NCBI GenBank assembly: GCA_965140785.1
Contig: OZ223519.1
Coordinates: 32,001 to 96,000, forward strand
Source of the DNA: an uncultured Ruficoccus sp.
GTDB lineage: Bacteria > Verrucomicrobiota > Verrucomicrobiia > Opitutales > Cerasicoccaceae
Length of the DNA stretch: 64,000 nt
Direction of reading: 5' to 3'
The stretch's first letter is position 1. The number at the start of each line of letters is the position of its first letter. Positions 19,961-30,023 of this stretch are shown here, piece after piece. Both the position numbers and the translations under genes were made by a program. The notes beneath the pieces were generated by a model that worked only from the letters and a program-made list of their open reading frames with translations, was not told the origin of the DNA and made no database searches.

Positions 19961-21046
19961 CTATCTCGATTTTATTGTTTTTCCATAGCGCCAATTTCCA
20001 CGAATCAACGTTTCGTGGAAGATCTCAGGCGGTCCAATTTGATTCGTTTGAAGCATGGTGATTAATTCGCGGAGTGCCTGGGCACCAATGTGACGCTTGT
20101 TCTGCCAGATTCCGGCCCAGTCCGCACAGTCGTCATCCAAGGCCAGTTGGGCGACACCAATATCATCGGGTACGCGTAATCCGAGTTCAATTAACCACTC
20201 TATTATACTCTGGTTCTGCACGACAATGGCGTCTGGATGCTCCTTTGCTATCCAGTCCCTGAGCATACCCAATGGCTTTGCGCGTAAATTTCCCTGATCT
20301 GGTTTCTGACTTTCCTCGGCAGCCCATTTGGAAAATTGAATTTCATTGGGAAGCCCCCAGATACTTTTGAAGGTTAAAGGCCGTACCTGCTCATGCTTGG
20401 GGAGGTCTTTTTGAAAGTAATGCAGGGCTGCCAAATAGGTGTTTTGGGAACGGCGGTTCTCAAGATTATGCATGAACAAGCCAATACGCCTATAGCCATT
20501 TCGACGTAATACTTTTAGGGCAAGCATTAGGTTGTAGTGATAAGAGGGTGCAACACGGTGAAGGCGGGGGGAATGAAGTGCGCTCTCAAGGGTGATGCCG
20601 CATAAGCGTTCCCAATCGAAGGCCAGGTGGGAGACGCCCAGGATAGTGGGAGCGGGCGTAATAATGACTCCACGAATGCCACGATTGATCAGTATCTGCG
20701 ACATCCTCTTTTCGGTCATGCCAGGCTCATACAGCCAGAAATCGTCCAGCCGGTATCCCAACGCTGCACACTCTTTTTGAGCCCCTTCCATGTAGGGGGT
20801 CAACCATTTGTAGTCCCGCCAATACCACCGTTCGGGGGAGGCGTTGAGCCAAGCAAGAGGCTCCAGATAACGCTTTTTTGCTGCGCGTACGCTCGCCATC
20901 ACTGCGGAAACACGTGGATCGGGGACATAACCCAATTCGGCCGCTTTTTTTCTGATGATAGCGGCGGTACTGGCTTTGACCTTGGGTGAGGAGCGCAGAG
21001 CGCAAGAGACGGTAATGCGTGAATAGCCAGTAGCTTCGGCAATGTC
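19961..21046 (-). pseudogene. LacI-family regulator, 5' end cut by an IS3-family insertion
   Basis: The frame extends upstream of the called ORF to DIAEATGYSRITVSCALRSSPKV (HTH) and meets the IS end at 21047; no in-frame start codon inside the IS end. Confidence 0.82.
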
Positions 21047-21054
21047 TGACCTGC

Positions 21055-22035
21055 CTACGCAAACTGTACCGCATTGAGAGTTAGTCTGAGCGGGTTAATG
21101 ATGTGATTTAGGGTTAGGTTGTAGAGGGTGTCAAGGCTTGGGCGCAAGGAGGGCGTAGCCCGAGTGTAGCCCATGCCTTGGAAGTTGATGTCGAAGGGGG
21201 TTGGTGCGGTTTCTTTGGCTGCAAACTCGAGCGGCGTGAGCAGTCCGAGTGAACGGTGGGGTCGGATGTTGTTGTACTTCCATCGCCAGTCCTCGATGAC
21301 GACGCGTGCCTCGGTGAGCGTATAAAACCACTCGCGGTTGAGGCACTCATCGCGGAGTCTGCCGTTGAAGGATTCTATGTAGCCGTTCTGCCAGGGACTG
21401 CCCGGCTCAATGTAGAGCGTCTTGATCTCCTCGTCCGCGTACCATTTACGCAGGCTCTTCTCGATAAACTCGCTGCCGTTGTCGCTACGGATGTGCTCGG
21501 GGCTGCCGTAGGCACTGATCAACTCGCTCATGACGGCTCGCACCTTGGCGGCGTTGAGGTGGCGATCGACGTGGATGCACAGGCACTCACGGGTGTACTC
21601 ATCGAGTACCGTGAGCATGCGGATTGATCCGCCCTTAGCCGTACGGTCGGCCACGAAGTCGCAGGTCCACACGTGGTTGCGATGAGTAGCCTTTGTCGGT
21701 AAGCCCGTCGAGGGGCCGCGCCGACGCTGACGAGGCTTCTTAGTCGGACACTTCAGCCCCATCTCCTGGCGCAGGCGCTGCACCAGCCGCTTACCTACGT
21801 CCCAACCATCGCGCTTGAGTAGATGAGTGATTTTCGGGTAACCCAGCTCGGGATGCGCTTCGCTCTTGCGACGCAAAGCCCCACGTAACTTTGCCAACCA
21901 GGGCGTAGTCTCCTTCGCCTGATAGCCGAAGGTACTGCGATGCAACCCAAAGTGACGGCAGGCCGCCCGCGCTGAACATCTGCCCTGCGACACCAGAGTT
22001 TGCGCCATCTCGCGCTTGTGTGCAGGGCTTACCAT
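21055..22035 (-). CDS. IS3-family transposase OrfB (DDE, rve core)
   Basis: WTCDF, RSDNGSEF, PGSPWQNGYIESFNGRLRDECL, YNNIRPHRSLG; -1 frame relative to orfA. Confidence 0.92.
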   Translation of the reverse strand: MVSPAHKREMAQTLVSQGRCSARAACRHFGLHRSTFGYQAKETTPWLAKLRGALRRKSEAHPELGYPKITHLLKRDGWDVGKRLVQRLRQEMGLKCPTKKPRQRRRGPSTGLPTKATHRNHVWTCDFVADRTAKGGSIRMLTVLDEYTRECLCIHVDRHLNAAKVRAVMSELISAYGSPEHIRSDNGSEFIEKSLRKWYADEEIKTLYIEPGSPWQNGYIESFNGRLRDECLNREWFYTLTEARVVIEDWRWKYNNIRPHRSLGLLTPLEFAAKETAPTPFDINFQGMGYTRATPSLRPSLDTLYNLTLNHIINPLRLTLNAVQFA

Positions 22036-22295
22036 TTTTTTTCGAGCGCCTCCTTCAGCAGCTCCTTACCAAGTATCTCGTCCGCCAGCATACGCTTCAG
22101 CCGAGCGTTCTCCTTTTGCAGTTCCTTCAGTTGCTTGGCCTGATCGACTTCCAGCATCCCAAGCTCCCGCTTCCAGCGGTGAAACGTCTGCTCGCTGATC
22201 CCTGCCTCGCGGCAGACATCTACGATCGCTCTGCCAGCATCAGCGGCGCGTAAAATGCGGATCTTCTGTTCGGTACTGTATCGCTTGCCTTTCAT
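22029..22295 (-). CDS. IS3-family transposase OrfA
   Basis: HTH VCREAGISEQTFHRWK plus a leucine-zipper-like segment; ends at an A8 slippery run (T8 at 22035-22042 on +). Confidence 0.9.
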   Translation of the reverse strand: MKGKRYSTEQKIRILRAADAGRAIVDVCREAGISEQTFHRWKRELGMLEVDQAKQLKELQKENARLKRMLADEILGKELLKEALEKKW

Positions 22296-22599
22296 CGTCT
22301 GAGTCCTTTCTAAGCACTCAGACTAACTTTGCAAGTGGCACAGTTTAAGTGGACACGGTCAATCCCGTTCGCCCCACATTTATGCGACCGGGTAAAAAGG
22401 AATGACCGAAGGTATCGCTCCTGGTGCGTTCGGAGTGGAGAGAAAATTAATATTTTATAAGTATGTTTGTCTGTCTGTCCCGTTGGCTGAGTCCCACGGT
22501 TTGGACCAATAGCTATGATAGGTTTCCGGTCGTTTGGTAGCCAAAAAACGTATACTTCCGGGACATCTTTACGATCTCGGATTCCAGCAAACGTTGTTT

Positions 22600-23400
22600 C
22601 TCGGGCAGGGGTTTGGGACGATCGACCTACCGTTACCAACCCAAGCCGCTACCCGAGAAGAAGCGACTGCTCGAGGCCGGTTGGAATGTGGGCAAGAAGC
22701 TGGTGCAACGCGTACGTCGGCAGGAGGGCCTGCAAGTGCCCGCCCCTAAACCGCGCACGCGTCGTCAGGGCTTGTCGACGGGACTGCCGCAGCAGGCTAC
22801 GCACCGCAACCACGTCTGGGCCTGGGACTTGTTTTCTTGTGATCATGTCGCGCTTCGCGCTCGGTAGTCTCTGGCCACACTCAGCGCGGCGGAGCCCTGC
22901 GCTGTTTTAACCTCATCGACGAGTTTACGCGGGTACCGAACTGAGGCGCAGCCTCGGTGACAAAGCGAAGCGTCCATGCCACTGCATCCATGCGGACCGC
23001 TCGCTCAAAGCCGACGATGTGCTCGCCGTGCTCAAGCGGGCGATCTCCACCCATGGTGCTCCCCAGTATATCCGCGCCGATAACGGGCCTGAGTTTATTG
23101 CCAGGCCGATCAAGCGCTGGCTGGCCGACAACCAGATCAAAACGCTCTATATTGATACGGGTTGCCCCTGGCAGAATGGCTACGTCGAGTCCTTCAACAG
23201 CCGCTTCCGGAAGGAGTGCCTGGATCGTGAACTGCTCTACACCCTCAGCGAATCACGCGTCGTCTTTGATGATTGGCGCAGCTACTACAACAACGAACGC
23301 CCTCATCGCTCTCTGGGCTTGCTCACACCAACTCAGTTTGCCAAACAACTAAACACAGGTTCCGGCTCCGTTCGGCCTACGGCCTCTCTACGCCAGAACC
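22600..23400 (+). pseudogene. Decayed IS3-family OrfB
   Basis: GRSTYRYQ...RNHVWAWD, FNLIDEFTR, RADNGPEF, WQNGYVESFN, RPHRSLG, split by an internal deletion and two small insertions. Confidence 0.85.
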
Positions 23401-23443
23401 TCCAAAAACAAACTAACCAACAAAACAACCACACCTGCTTTCC

Positions 23444-23951
23444 TTGCCCCCAGAATCATGGCAGAAGTGTCGCGCCGATGAGAGTTATTTCGGCGGCACA
23501 CGCAAGGGCAAGCGAGGCCGTGGGGCGGCAGACAAGGTGGCTGTATTCGGCCTACTCAAGCGGGGTGGGAAGGTTTACACGGCGATTATCCCCAACTCGA
23601 AAACCGAAACGATCTTGCCGATCATCAAGCAGAAAGTTAAGCCAGACAGCATCGTTTACACCGATACCTTCCAGGCCTACAACGCCCTTGATGTTGGCGA
23701 CTTCCACCACATGCGAATCAACCGCTCAACCCTCTTTGCTGACAGACAAAACCATATCAACGGCGTCGAGAACTTTTGGAACCAGGCCAAGCGCAACATG
23801 CGCCGCTTCAACGGCATTAAACCCGACAACTTCTATTGGTTCTTCAAAGAGTGCGAATGGCGCTTCAACGCAGGTAACCACAAACAGCTCCTCAGACAGC
23901 TTAAACACTGGTATTCAGACGCAAAACACTGACCTTAGCTACTACAGCCCC
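23444..23951 (+). mobile_element. IS1595-family (IS1016-like) transposase 3' fragment with its right end
   Basis: ADESYFGG..KGKRGRGA..K..VFG, IVYTD, HINGVENFW, KECEWRFN; terminal CTACTACAGCCCC at 23939-23951 (GGGGCTG on the other strand). N-terminus missing. Confidence 0.85.
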
Positions 23952-24169
23952 AAACTTTTTTGCACTACTTTCATCAGAGCCTGCATAGCTTTCATGAGCA
24001 GCGCCGTATCCGCTATGCCCGATGCCGATTGCTAGAGCCCGGCAGCCGTATTAAGTCTGTGGCGTACGAAATGGGCTTTCACGACCTGTCCAAATTCTCC
24101 AATTGGTTTAAACGTCTGGAGCAGGCTTCGCCTAGGGAGTACAGGCGAAAATCTATAGATGTCAGCTAA
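23952..24169 (+). pseudogene. AraC-family regulator C-terminal fragment
   Basis: RRIRYARCRLL...IKSVAYEMGFHDLSKFSNWFKRLEQASPREYR (second AraC HTH) starts immediately after the IS1595 end. Confidence 0.8.
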
Positions 24170-24276
24170 GAGTTACCCTTGATCGGTTTTATGCAAAAGT
24201 GTTAGTTGTTATAAATTAAGCTTCTACCCGCCAGAGTATCAAACGCAATGGTACGGTTCTAGGAGGTCACGCCAAT

Positions 24277-24552
24277 TCAATCGGGCGAGGCCTTTGAGGT
24301 AAGCGCACCCAATGCCCATGCTGAAAGAGCAGGCAACACCCATTGAGGAAGGATGTGAGCGTTCGTTAAGAGTTCGGCCAACATGGTGAGATTCTTGTCA
24401 CAAGACGTGACGGACCCAGCTAGTTTTTCCTTTAACTCCCCCAATTCCTTCGCCGCAAAAATCGTGGCGACGATCCAAGCATTCCAACCGAAAGCCCAAC
24501 GCATGGAAGCTCCAATAATAATATGAATCAGGGTGCCGATGATCAGGAACAT
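24277..24552 (-). CDS. Small hypothetical membrane protein
   Basis: 91 aa from MFLIIGTLIHIIIG with hydrophobic segments; no family recognised. Confidence 0.4.
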   Translation of the reverse strand: MFLIIGTLIHIIIGASMRWAFGWNAWIVATIFAAKELGELKEKLAGSVTSCDKNLTMLAELLTNAHILPQWVLPALSAWALGALTSKASPD

Positions 24553-24720
24553 GGCTTCAAGTATGCGAGTGGTGAGCTCGGCCACAACGAAGTCAGTCTG
24601 CACCAGAATGCCTATCTTTATGCTCAGTGTGCCTATCGCCAGGGGTATGGCTCTTTTTCCTTGGACCATGCAATCCCAGGGGTGTAATCGGGAGAGTAAA
24701 TCTAAAAACTCGCAGCCGCT

Positions 24721-26106
24721 ATGGATGCCCCCAGGCCTAACTTACTCTTTGTATTCAGTGATCAGCACCGTTGGTGTGACCTGGGTTGCTACGGCAACCA
24801 GGAAGTCACCAGCCCGCATTTCGATGCTTTTGCCTCGGAGGGATTGCGTTTCGATAACTGCTATTCGCACTGTCCGCTGTGTGTGCCCGCCCGAGGTACT
24901 ATCTTGAGTTCCCTTCATGCGGTTCGGCATCGCGCGGCAGCGAACGATCTGCCCATCGATACCCGGCTAGAAAGTGTGGCTCACGTGCTGAACAGAGCGG
25001 GATATGAGAGTGGTTATGTAGGTAAGTGGCACCTCGGGGGCATTCCTCGAGATCAGGCAGTCCAGGCTGATCGCCGCTTGGGGTTTAAGCACTGGAAAGT
25101 CCGCCAGTGCAGCCATGATTACCTGGAGCCGGAGTATTATGATGAAAAGGATGTCCTCCACCGCTGCTCGGGCTACGAGCCTGCCATTCAGACCGATCTT
25201 GCGATGGCATTCATCCGGGAGCAAAAGGATAAGCCTTGGGGGCTCGTGCTGTCATGGGGTCCGCCACACGACCCATACGATGAGGTGCCGGGTAAGTATA
25301 AGGCGCTCTTTGATCCGGCCAGGCTTACCCTTCGCCCAAATGTCGCTGAGCGCGTAGAGCATTCCTACACCGGGCCCTTGGACCGCGACGACCTGCGCCG
25401 TGACTTGGCTGGTTACTATGCGCATATCGCAGCGCTTGACGAGCAGTTCGGCTGTTTGCTCCAGCACGTGAAGGATCTCGGGCTTTGGGAAAATACTATC
25501 ATCGTCTATACCAGTGATCACGGCGACCTGATGGGGAGTCATGGCATGGTCCAAAAGCAAATGCCTTACGAGGAATCCGCTCATATTCCTTTGCTCGTAG
25601 GCGGTGGACTTTCGCAATTGCGCCGGGGTAGATGCGTGGAGCTGATAGGCCTGGTTGATCTTTTTCCGACACTTCTCGGCGCACTTGGCTTGGCGTACGC
25701 ATCCGACATAGACGGTAGTGATTTAAGCCCGCTGCTTAGCCAGAGAGAGGCCAAAGGCAAGGAGGCTATCTATTTAAATAACCCGATTCCCTGCCACTTA
25801 GGAGCGGACCGTGGCGACGGCTCCTGGCGCGCGATCCGCAAGGGAAACCACTGTTATGCTATGGATTTGGATGATGGTCTCGACTGGTTCTTATACGACC
25901 TGCAAGAGGATCCCTTTCAACTCAATAACCTGCTGGGTTCGTCACCGCAGATGGATCAACTGGCTCGCGAACTGAGAGCCGAACTGCTTGAGATGGTTAA
26001 GCGCCATGATGCCCCGCTGCCATGGGAGAAACTGATCGAAAAATTCGATCTGGTGGACGCATGGAATACGAGCCAGCGCTACTTCAAGTTGCCGGAACTT
26101 CAGTAG
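24721..26106 (+). CDS. S1 (formylglycine-dependent) sulfatase, no signal peptide
   Basis: PNLLFVFSDQH, CVPARG (CxPxR), GYVGKWH, PPHDPY, YTSDHG. Confidence 0.93.
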   Translation: MDAPRPNLLFVFSDQHRWCDLGCYGNQEVTSPHFDAFASEGLRFDNCYSHCPLCVPARGTILSSLHAVRHRAAANDLPIDTRLESVAHVLNRAGYESGYVGKWHLGGIPRDQAVQADRRLGFKHWKVRQCSHDYLEPEYYDEKDVLHRCSGYEPAIQTDLAMAFIREQKDKPWGLVLSWGPPHDPYDEVPGKYKALFDPARLTLRPNVAERVEHSYTGPLDRDDLRRDLAGYYAHIAALDEQFGCLLQHVKDLGLWENTIIVYTSDHGDLMGSHGMVQKQMPYEESAHIPLLVGGGLSQLRRGRCVELIGLVDLFPTLLGALGLAYASDIDGSDLSPLLSQREAKGKEAIYLNNPIPCHLGADRGDGSWRAIRKGNHCYAMDLDDGLDWFLYDLQEDPFQLNNLLGSSPQMDQLARELRAELLEMVKRHDAPLPWEKLIEKFDLVDAWNTSQRYFKLPELQ

Positions 26107-26274
26107 CGCCCCATACCCTGGGCTGCTGAACTTTGTCCGACTATTGCCCGTATCTATGAAATAGGGGACGCTATTGCGTTTCTATGGCACTCTCGTGATA
26201 GCGTGGCGCGTTAAAATGCGATAAGATCGAATCCGTTTGGGCCATCTCATTCCGGATGACCGCTTATTGAATAA

Positions 26275-27552
26275 ATGATGATGAACTCGTTTGCTTCCCG
26301 CTTATTAATCGCATTGCTCAGTCTTGGCATGGCTGCCGTATGCCAAGCCTCCGATGTTACCCCGGCACCTCAGTTTCAGGCCTTTCTGGAGAAGGCTTCC
26401 AAGGGAGAGCCCATTGTTATAGCCTATCTCGGTGGCTCTATTACTCAGGGTGCGACCACCTGGCCGGTAAAAGGTGAGAGTCCCGACGGGCGTCCTTTTG
26501 ATTACTCTTCTTACAGTGCCGATGCGGACTCATGGCGGGCTTTGACTTACGAATGGCTGCGCTCGAACTATGAGCAACGTCCCGGACAATTCAGGCAGGT
26601 CAACGCGGGAGTCGGTGGTACCCCGAGTCTCCTCGGAGCCTATCGCCTGGAGGAAAACGTCCTGAGTGAAAATCCGGATTTGGTTTTCTTGGAGTTTGCT
26701 GTCAACGACAACGGAAAGGCCAAACTCACGGCTAACAACCCCGCCGAGGACGATTCGATATACCGAACGAATGCCTCGATCATTCAACGCTTGCGTGAGC
26801 AGAATCCGCAGGTGGCGATTTTTATGCCCCTGAGCACACACCGCATGCTTGAAGGCTCGAGCTATACCAAGTGGGCGGAGGTATTGGACCTGGGCCTGGA
26901 AGAAACGCGTAAGGCTGCGGAAGCCCTGCGTGTGCCTTACCTGAGTCTCAAAGAGGCATTTTATGGTAATGGGGTCAGCCCTGAGGCAGCCTTGTACTAC
27001 GATGGAGATGACAGCGGGGGCAATTACGTGCACCCATCCCCCTTGGGTCATGAAGCCTACGCGCTTGCCGTGCAGGAAGCCCTTGCTGAGTTGTTTGACG
27101 CGGGAACCTTTGCGTTTGCGGACGAGGCGCTTGTCATTGCGCCTTACCCGATTTCACCCCGGATAATTTCCCCGGATGAATTAGTCTCATATGAGCCGGG
27201 CTGGACCAGTGAAGTCCCGGAAAAGCCGAATCTACCAATCATGGAGGGTAAGCCATTTCTGGTAGCCGGTGCGTCCGGTGAGTCACTGGTGTTTACTTTT
27301 GAAGGAACTGCCATCGGTATTTGGTGCGATGCCAAGAGCAAGGGTGCCATGATGATTGAGCTGGATGGTGTTACGCTGGGTAAGTATACAAACCGTATTG
27401 AAGAACGCGGCAAATACAGCGGCCGATTCTCTGTATTGAGCAGCGGCTTAGATGGCTCCATACCCCATACCTTGAAGTTGACGTCTGTCAGCGAGCCGGA
27501 TGCCCCGGTGCCTCATATTCTGATCTACGGCTTATGTGTTGATGAGGGGTAA
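26275..27552 (+). CDS. SGNH/GDSL hydrolase (putative carbohydrate esterase)
   Basis: Signal peptide; YLGGSIT, NAGVGGT, EFAVND, VHPSPLGH. Confidence 0.85.
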   Translation: MMMNSFASRLLIALLSLGMAAVCQASDVTPAPQFQAFLEKASKGEPIVIAYLGGSITQGATTWPVKGESPDGRPFDYSSYSADADSWRALTYEWLRSNYEQRPGQFRQVNAGVGGTPSLLGAYRLEENVLSENPDLVFLEFAVNDNGKAKLTANNPAEDDSIYRTNASIIQRLREQNPQVAIFMPLSTHRMLEGSSYTKWAEVLDLGLEETRKAAEALRVPYLSLKEAFYGNGVSPEAALYYDGDDSGGNYVHPSPLGHEAYALAVQEALAELFDAGTFAFADEALVIAPYPISPRIISPDELVSYEPGWTSEVPEKPNLPIMEGKPFLVAGASGESLVFTFEGTAIGIWCDAKSKGAMMIELDGVTLGKYTNRIEERGKYSGRFSVLSSGLDGSIPHTLKLTSVSEPDAPVPHILIYGLCVDEG

Positions 27553-27689
27553 GCTCGATAGCGGTCAATCGCGATATTGCGAGGCGACGGATTGCCAGCC
27601 TGTCTGTTTTCTGCCAGAAGTCTTGCCACTGGACGCTTCTGTTGCCGCTTTCTCAAATGGCATGAGGCTGTATAGGCGAGGGTAGAGAT

Positions 27690-28481
27690 CTAGTCGAAGT
27701 AATCCTCGCCGAAGTAGTAGTCGAACTTCTCCAGTACTTTCGTTCTCTCAAGGCTTTCGGTGTGACCGTCCGCAAAGACCATATTTACGTGTCCACCGTG
27801 GCGGTCTACCGGGAAATAGCTATCCTTGGCCGACTTCACCTGATAGGGAATGATTTGCCATGTGGACAACGGAAAGTTGGAGCTGGTTGGGTTTAACGTC
27901 TCACTATACAGGGCCGTGTGGGAAGGGGCAGTGATATTATGGGCATAGTTCATGGCCTGGGCATCGTCAGGGCGAACAAAGACATAGCGATTTGCTCCAT
28001 AGTGGGTAACCGGATATGCCATCGTGCGATCAACAGAGGGGCAATAGAAGGTCTCCAGGTTATACTGCGTAGCGGTGCTTTGGTCGTAGCCTAGACTTGT
28101 GCTGTGCGCACCGAGGTATGGTCTGAGCTCCTTGTACCAAAAAGACTTGTAGGAGCCATCAACTCTGAGACTTATCAAGGGATAGCGATTATTGTTTTCC
28201 GACGTAAAGAGTATGGTGGCTGCTCCCAGTTGACGGAGGTTGGCGATGCACTGGGTATTTTCACGTATGTCTGTAATTTTGCTGTAGGCCGCAAACGAGA
28301 TAGCTGTGAGTACAGAGACTACGGCGATAGAGACAAGGAGTTCTACCAGCGAAAATGCCTTCGCACGGTGCAGGTGAACGTTGCGAGATGGAGTGCGTGC
28401 GGGGTAAATTGATGAGCTTTTCATCGTAAGACTTAAGCTGGCTGTCTTCATGGTCGGGTTAGGGGCGAGAATGTAGCGCAC
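27690..28481 (-). CDS. Prepilin-type N-terminal cleavage/methylation protein with H-X9-DG C-terminal motif
   Basis: AFSLVELLVSIAVVSVL, CIANLRQLG, RHGGHVNMVFADGH; start codon uncertain. Confidence 0.9.
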   Translation of the reverse strand: MRYILAPNPTMKTASLSLTMKSSSIYPARTPSRNVHLHRAKAFSLVELLVSIAVVSVLTAISFAAYSKITDIRENTQCIANLRQLGAATILFTSENNNRYPLISLRVDGSYKSFWYKELRPYLGAHSTSLGYDQSTATQYNLETFYCPSVDRTMAYPVTHYGANRYVFVRPDDAQAMNYAHNITAPSHTALYSETLNPTSSNFPLSTWQIIPYQVKSAKDSYFPVDRHGGHVNMVFADGHTESLERTKVLEKFDYYFGEDYFD

Positions 28482-28599
28482 AGGATACCAGCTTTCTCAC
28501 CTCAAGGCCTTCCTGTAATGGACATACTCTAGCACCATAGCGACAGGGGCTGGGTGTACGCAGTAGCCACGGGTGCTAGAGTACCTCTTCATCGCCAAG

Positions 28600-29649
28600 C
28601 TAGTTTTCGGTTCGGGAGGGCGTATGCGTGGCACGTTTTGGCGACTTCGTATGAGAGGGGGAATATCCGCCGGGGACCTGATGCGCGCTGCGGTATTCTG
28701 AGGGCGTCATATTATAGGTCTTTTTGAAGGATCTCGAGAAGTGGTTGCTGTCGTTAAAACCTGAAGCAAAGGCCACCTCGGTAATGGTCATGACGGGGTC
28801 CCGAAGCAGGCGCTCTGCGCGCCTTAGACGCAGATAGTAAATGTACTCCGAGGGAGTCTGTCCGGTGCACTGCTTGAATACGCGGAAAAACTGGCGTCGG
28901 GAAAGCCCGCAGACTTTGCCCAGCTCAACAATGGATATCGGCTCATCAAGCTGTTGCTCCATCTTTACAATCGCTTTGGCCACCCGGCGGGGGTCCGTGG
29001 CTTTTTCACCCGCGGGGTATCCATGCCAACGCGAGAGCAGGGCTATGATCATGGCGAGTTGTGCCCGGGCGACAGAGGTGTAGCCTGGTGAAGCCTGCTG
29101 TATCTCCACATCCAGTTCGTTGGTCAGGGCGAGGAGGCGAGCCAGTTGTTCGGGGTTGAGGTACATCAACTGCTTGAAGTCGCCTTTACTGTTCATAGGC
29201 GAAGCCAGTTCAAAAAGCGTCCGATACGCCGGGACGTCGGGAAACTCCTTAGCGGAAAATCCGAGGATCTCCGGGTAGAAACAAATATTGAGAATTTCTA
29301 GCGAATCCGGTTTTTCGATGCTGTGTTCGTGGGGGCCCTGGATGACGAAAACGTTCCCGGCTTTCAGTTCGAATTCCTGGCCGTCGATTCGATTCATCCC
29401 GAAGCCACGTATCACGATGCCAATTTCTGTAAACTCGTGACGGTGTACCGGAAAGGCGGGATGTGAATGAATCCTCATGACGGCGATTGGGCACTCATCC
29501 GTGCAAACCCAGTCGCGCTTTAGCACGAGTCGGCCATCGCGTATTTCGTAGCCGGCTAAGGCATCCGGCAGGTCTTCGTAATGATAGTAGCCACGCAGTA
29601 TATTAACAATCTCTTCGTAGGCCTTTTCTCCTTGGGAAGGGTCGCTCAT
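28600..29649 (-). CDS. AraC-family regulator (RhaS/RhaR-like, cupin sensor)
   Basis: HRHEFTEI cupin; C-terminal ITEVAFASGFNDSNHFSRSFKKTYNMTPSEYR. Confidence 0.9.
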   Translation of the reverse strand: MSDPSQGEKAYEEIVNILRGYYHYEDLPDALAGYEIRDGRLVLKRDWVCTDECPIAVMRIHSHPAFPVHRHEFTEIGIVIRGFGMNRIDGQEFELKAGNVFVIQGPHEHSIEKPDSLEILNICFYPEILGFSAKEFPDVPAYRTLFELASPMNSKGDFKQLMYLNPEQLARLLALTNELDVEIQQASPGYTSVARAQLAMIIALLSRWHGYPAGEKATDPRRVAKAIVKMEQQLDEPISIVELGKVCGLSRRQFFRVFKQCTGQTPSEYIYYLRLRRAERLLRDPVMTITEVAFASGFNDSNHFSRSFKKTYNMTPSEYRSAHQVPGGYSPSHTKSPKRATHTPSRTEN

Positions 29650-30023
29650 GGGGAGTATTATTCTAGAGTATCGACTCCAGTTGCGCTCAGATGCTAGCAT
29701 ACGAATACAGGATTTCAATATATTCGAGCGATATACGCAGAGGTTCCTTTGGGGTATTTAACCGGGCGCCTGTTTGAGGCTGAGGTTTCGCTCGTTGGGG
29801 TACTGACAGTGGGATTCCGCGTTGTAAATAATACTAGATGAATGACTTATGTCATCTAGGGAGTATTTCCATCGCGGATTGACAGACGTTACGGCGGGAG
29901 GCGCGTTCATTTCTACCACAGGGGGGGCAATATAGCCTGCATGAGCGTGCCATTCCCCTGTCTTTGGGTGAACTATTGCGCCGTAAGGCTATTCCCAGTC
30001 TGCCCGGCATCGGGGCATTCTGC

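Larger units (their letters stand above)
21047..22361 (-). mobile_element. IS3-family insertion sequence, apparently complete (about 1315 bp)
   Basis: Imperfect ~50-bp terminal IRs (TGACCGTGTCCACTTAAACTGTGCC...GTTAGTCTGAG and TGACCTGCCTACGCAAACTGTACC...GTTAGTCTGAG), TG...CA ends, overlapping orfA/orfB. Confidence 0.93.

Noticed and set aside
23019..24035. 338-aa ORF as a single novel fusion protein
   Set aside because: It is the decayed IS3 orfB reading through into an off-frame IS1595 fragment.
29940..29955. TGGCAC...TGCA (minus strand) as a sigma-54 promoter
   Set aside because: GG-to-GC spacing is 9 nt rather than the required 10.
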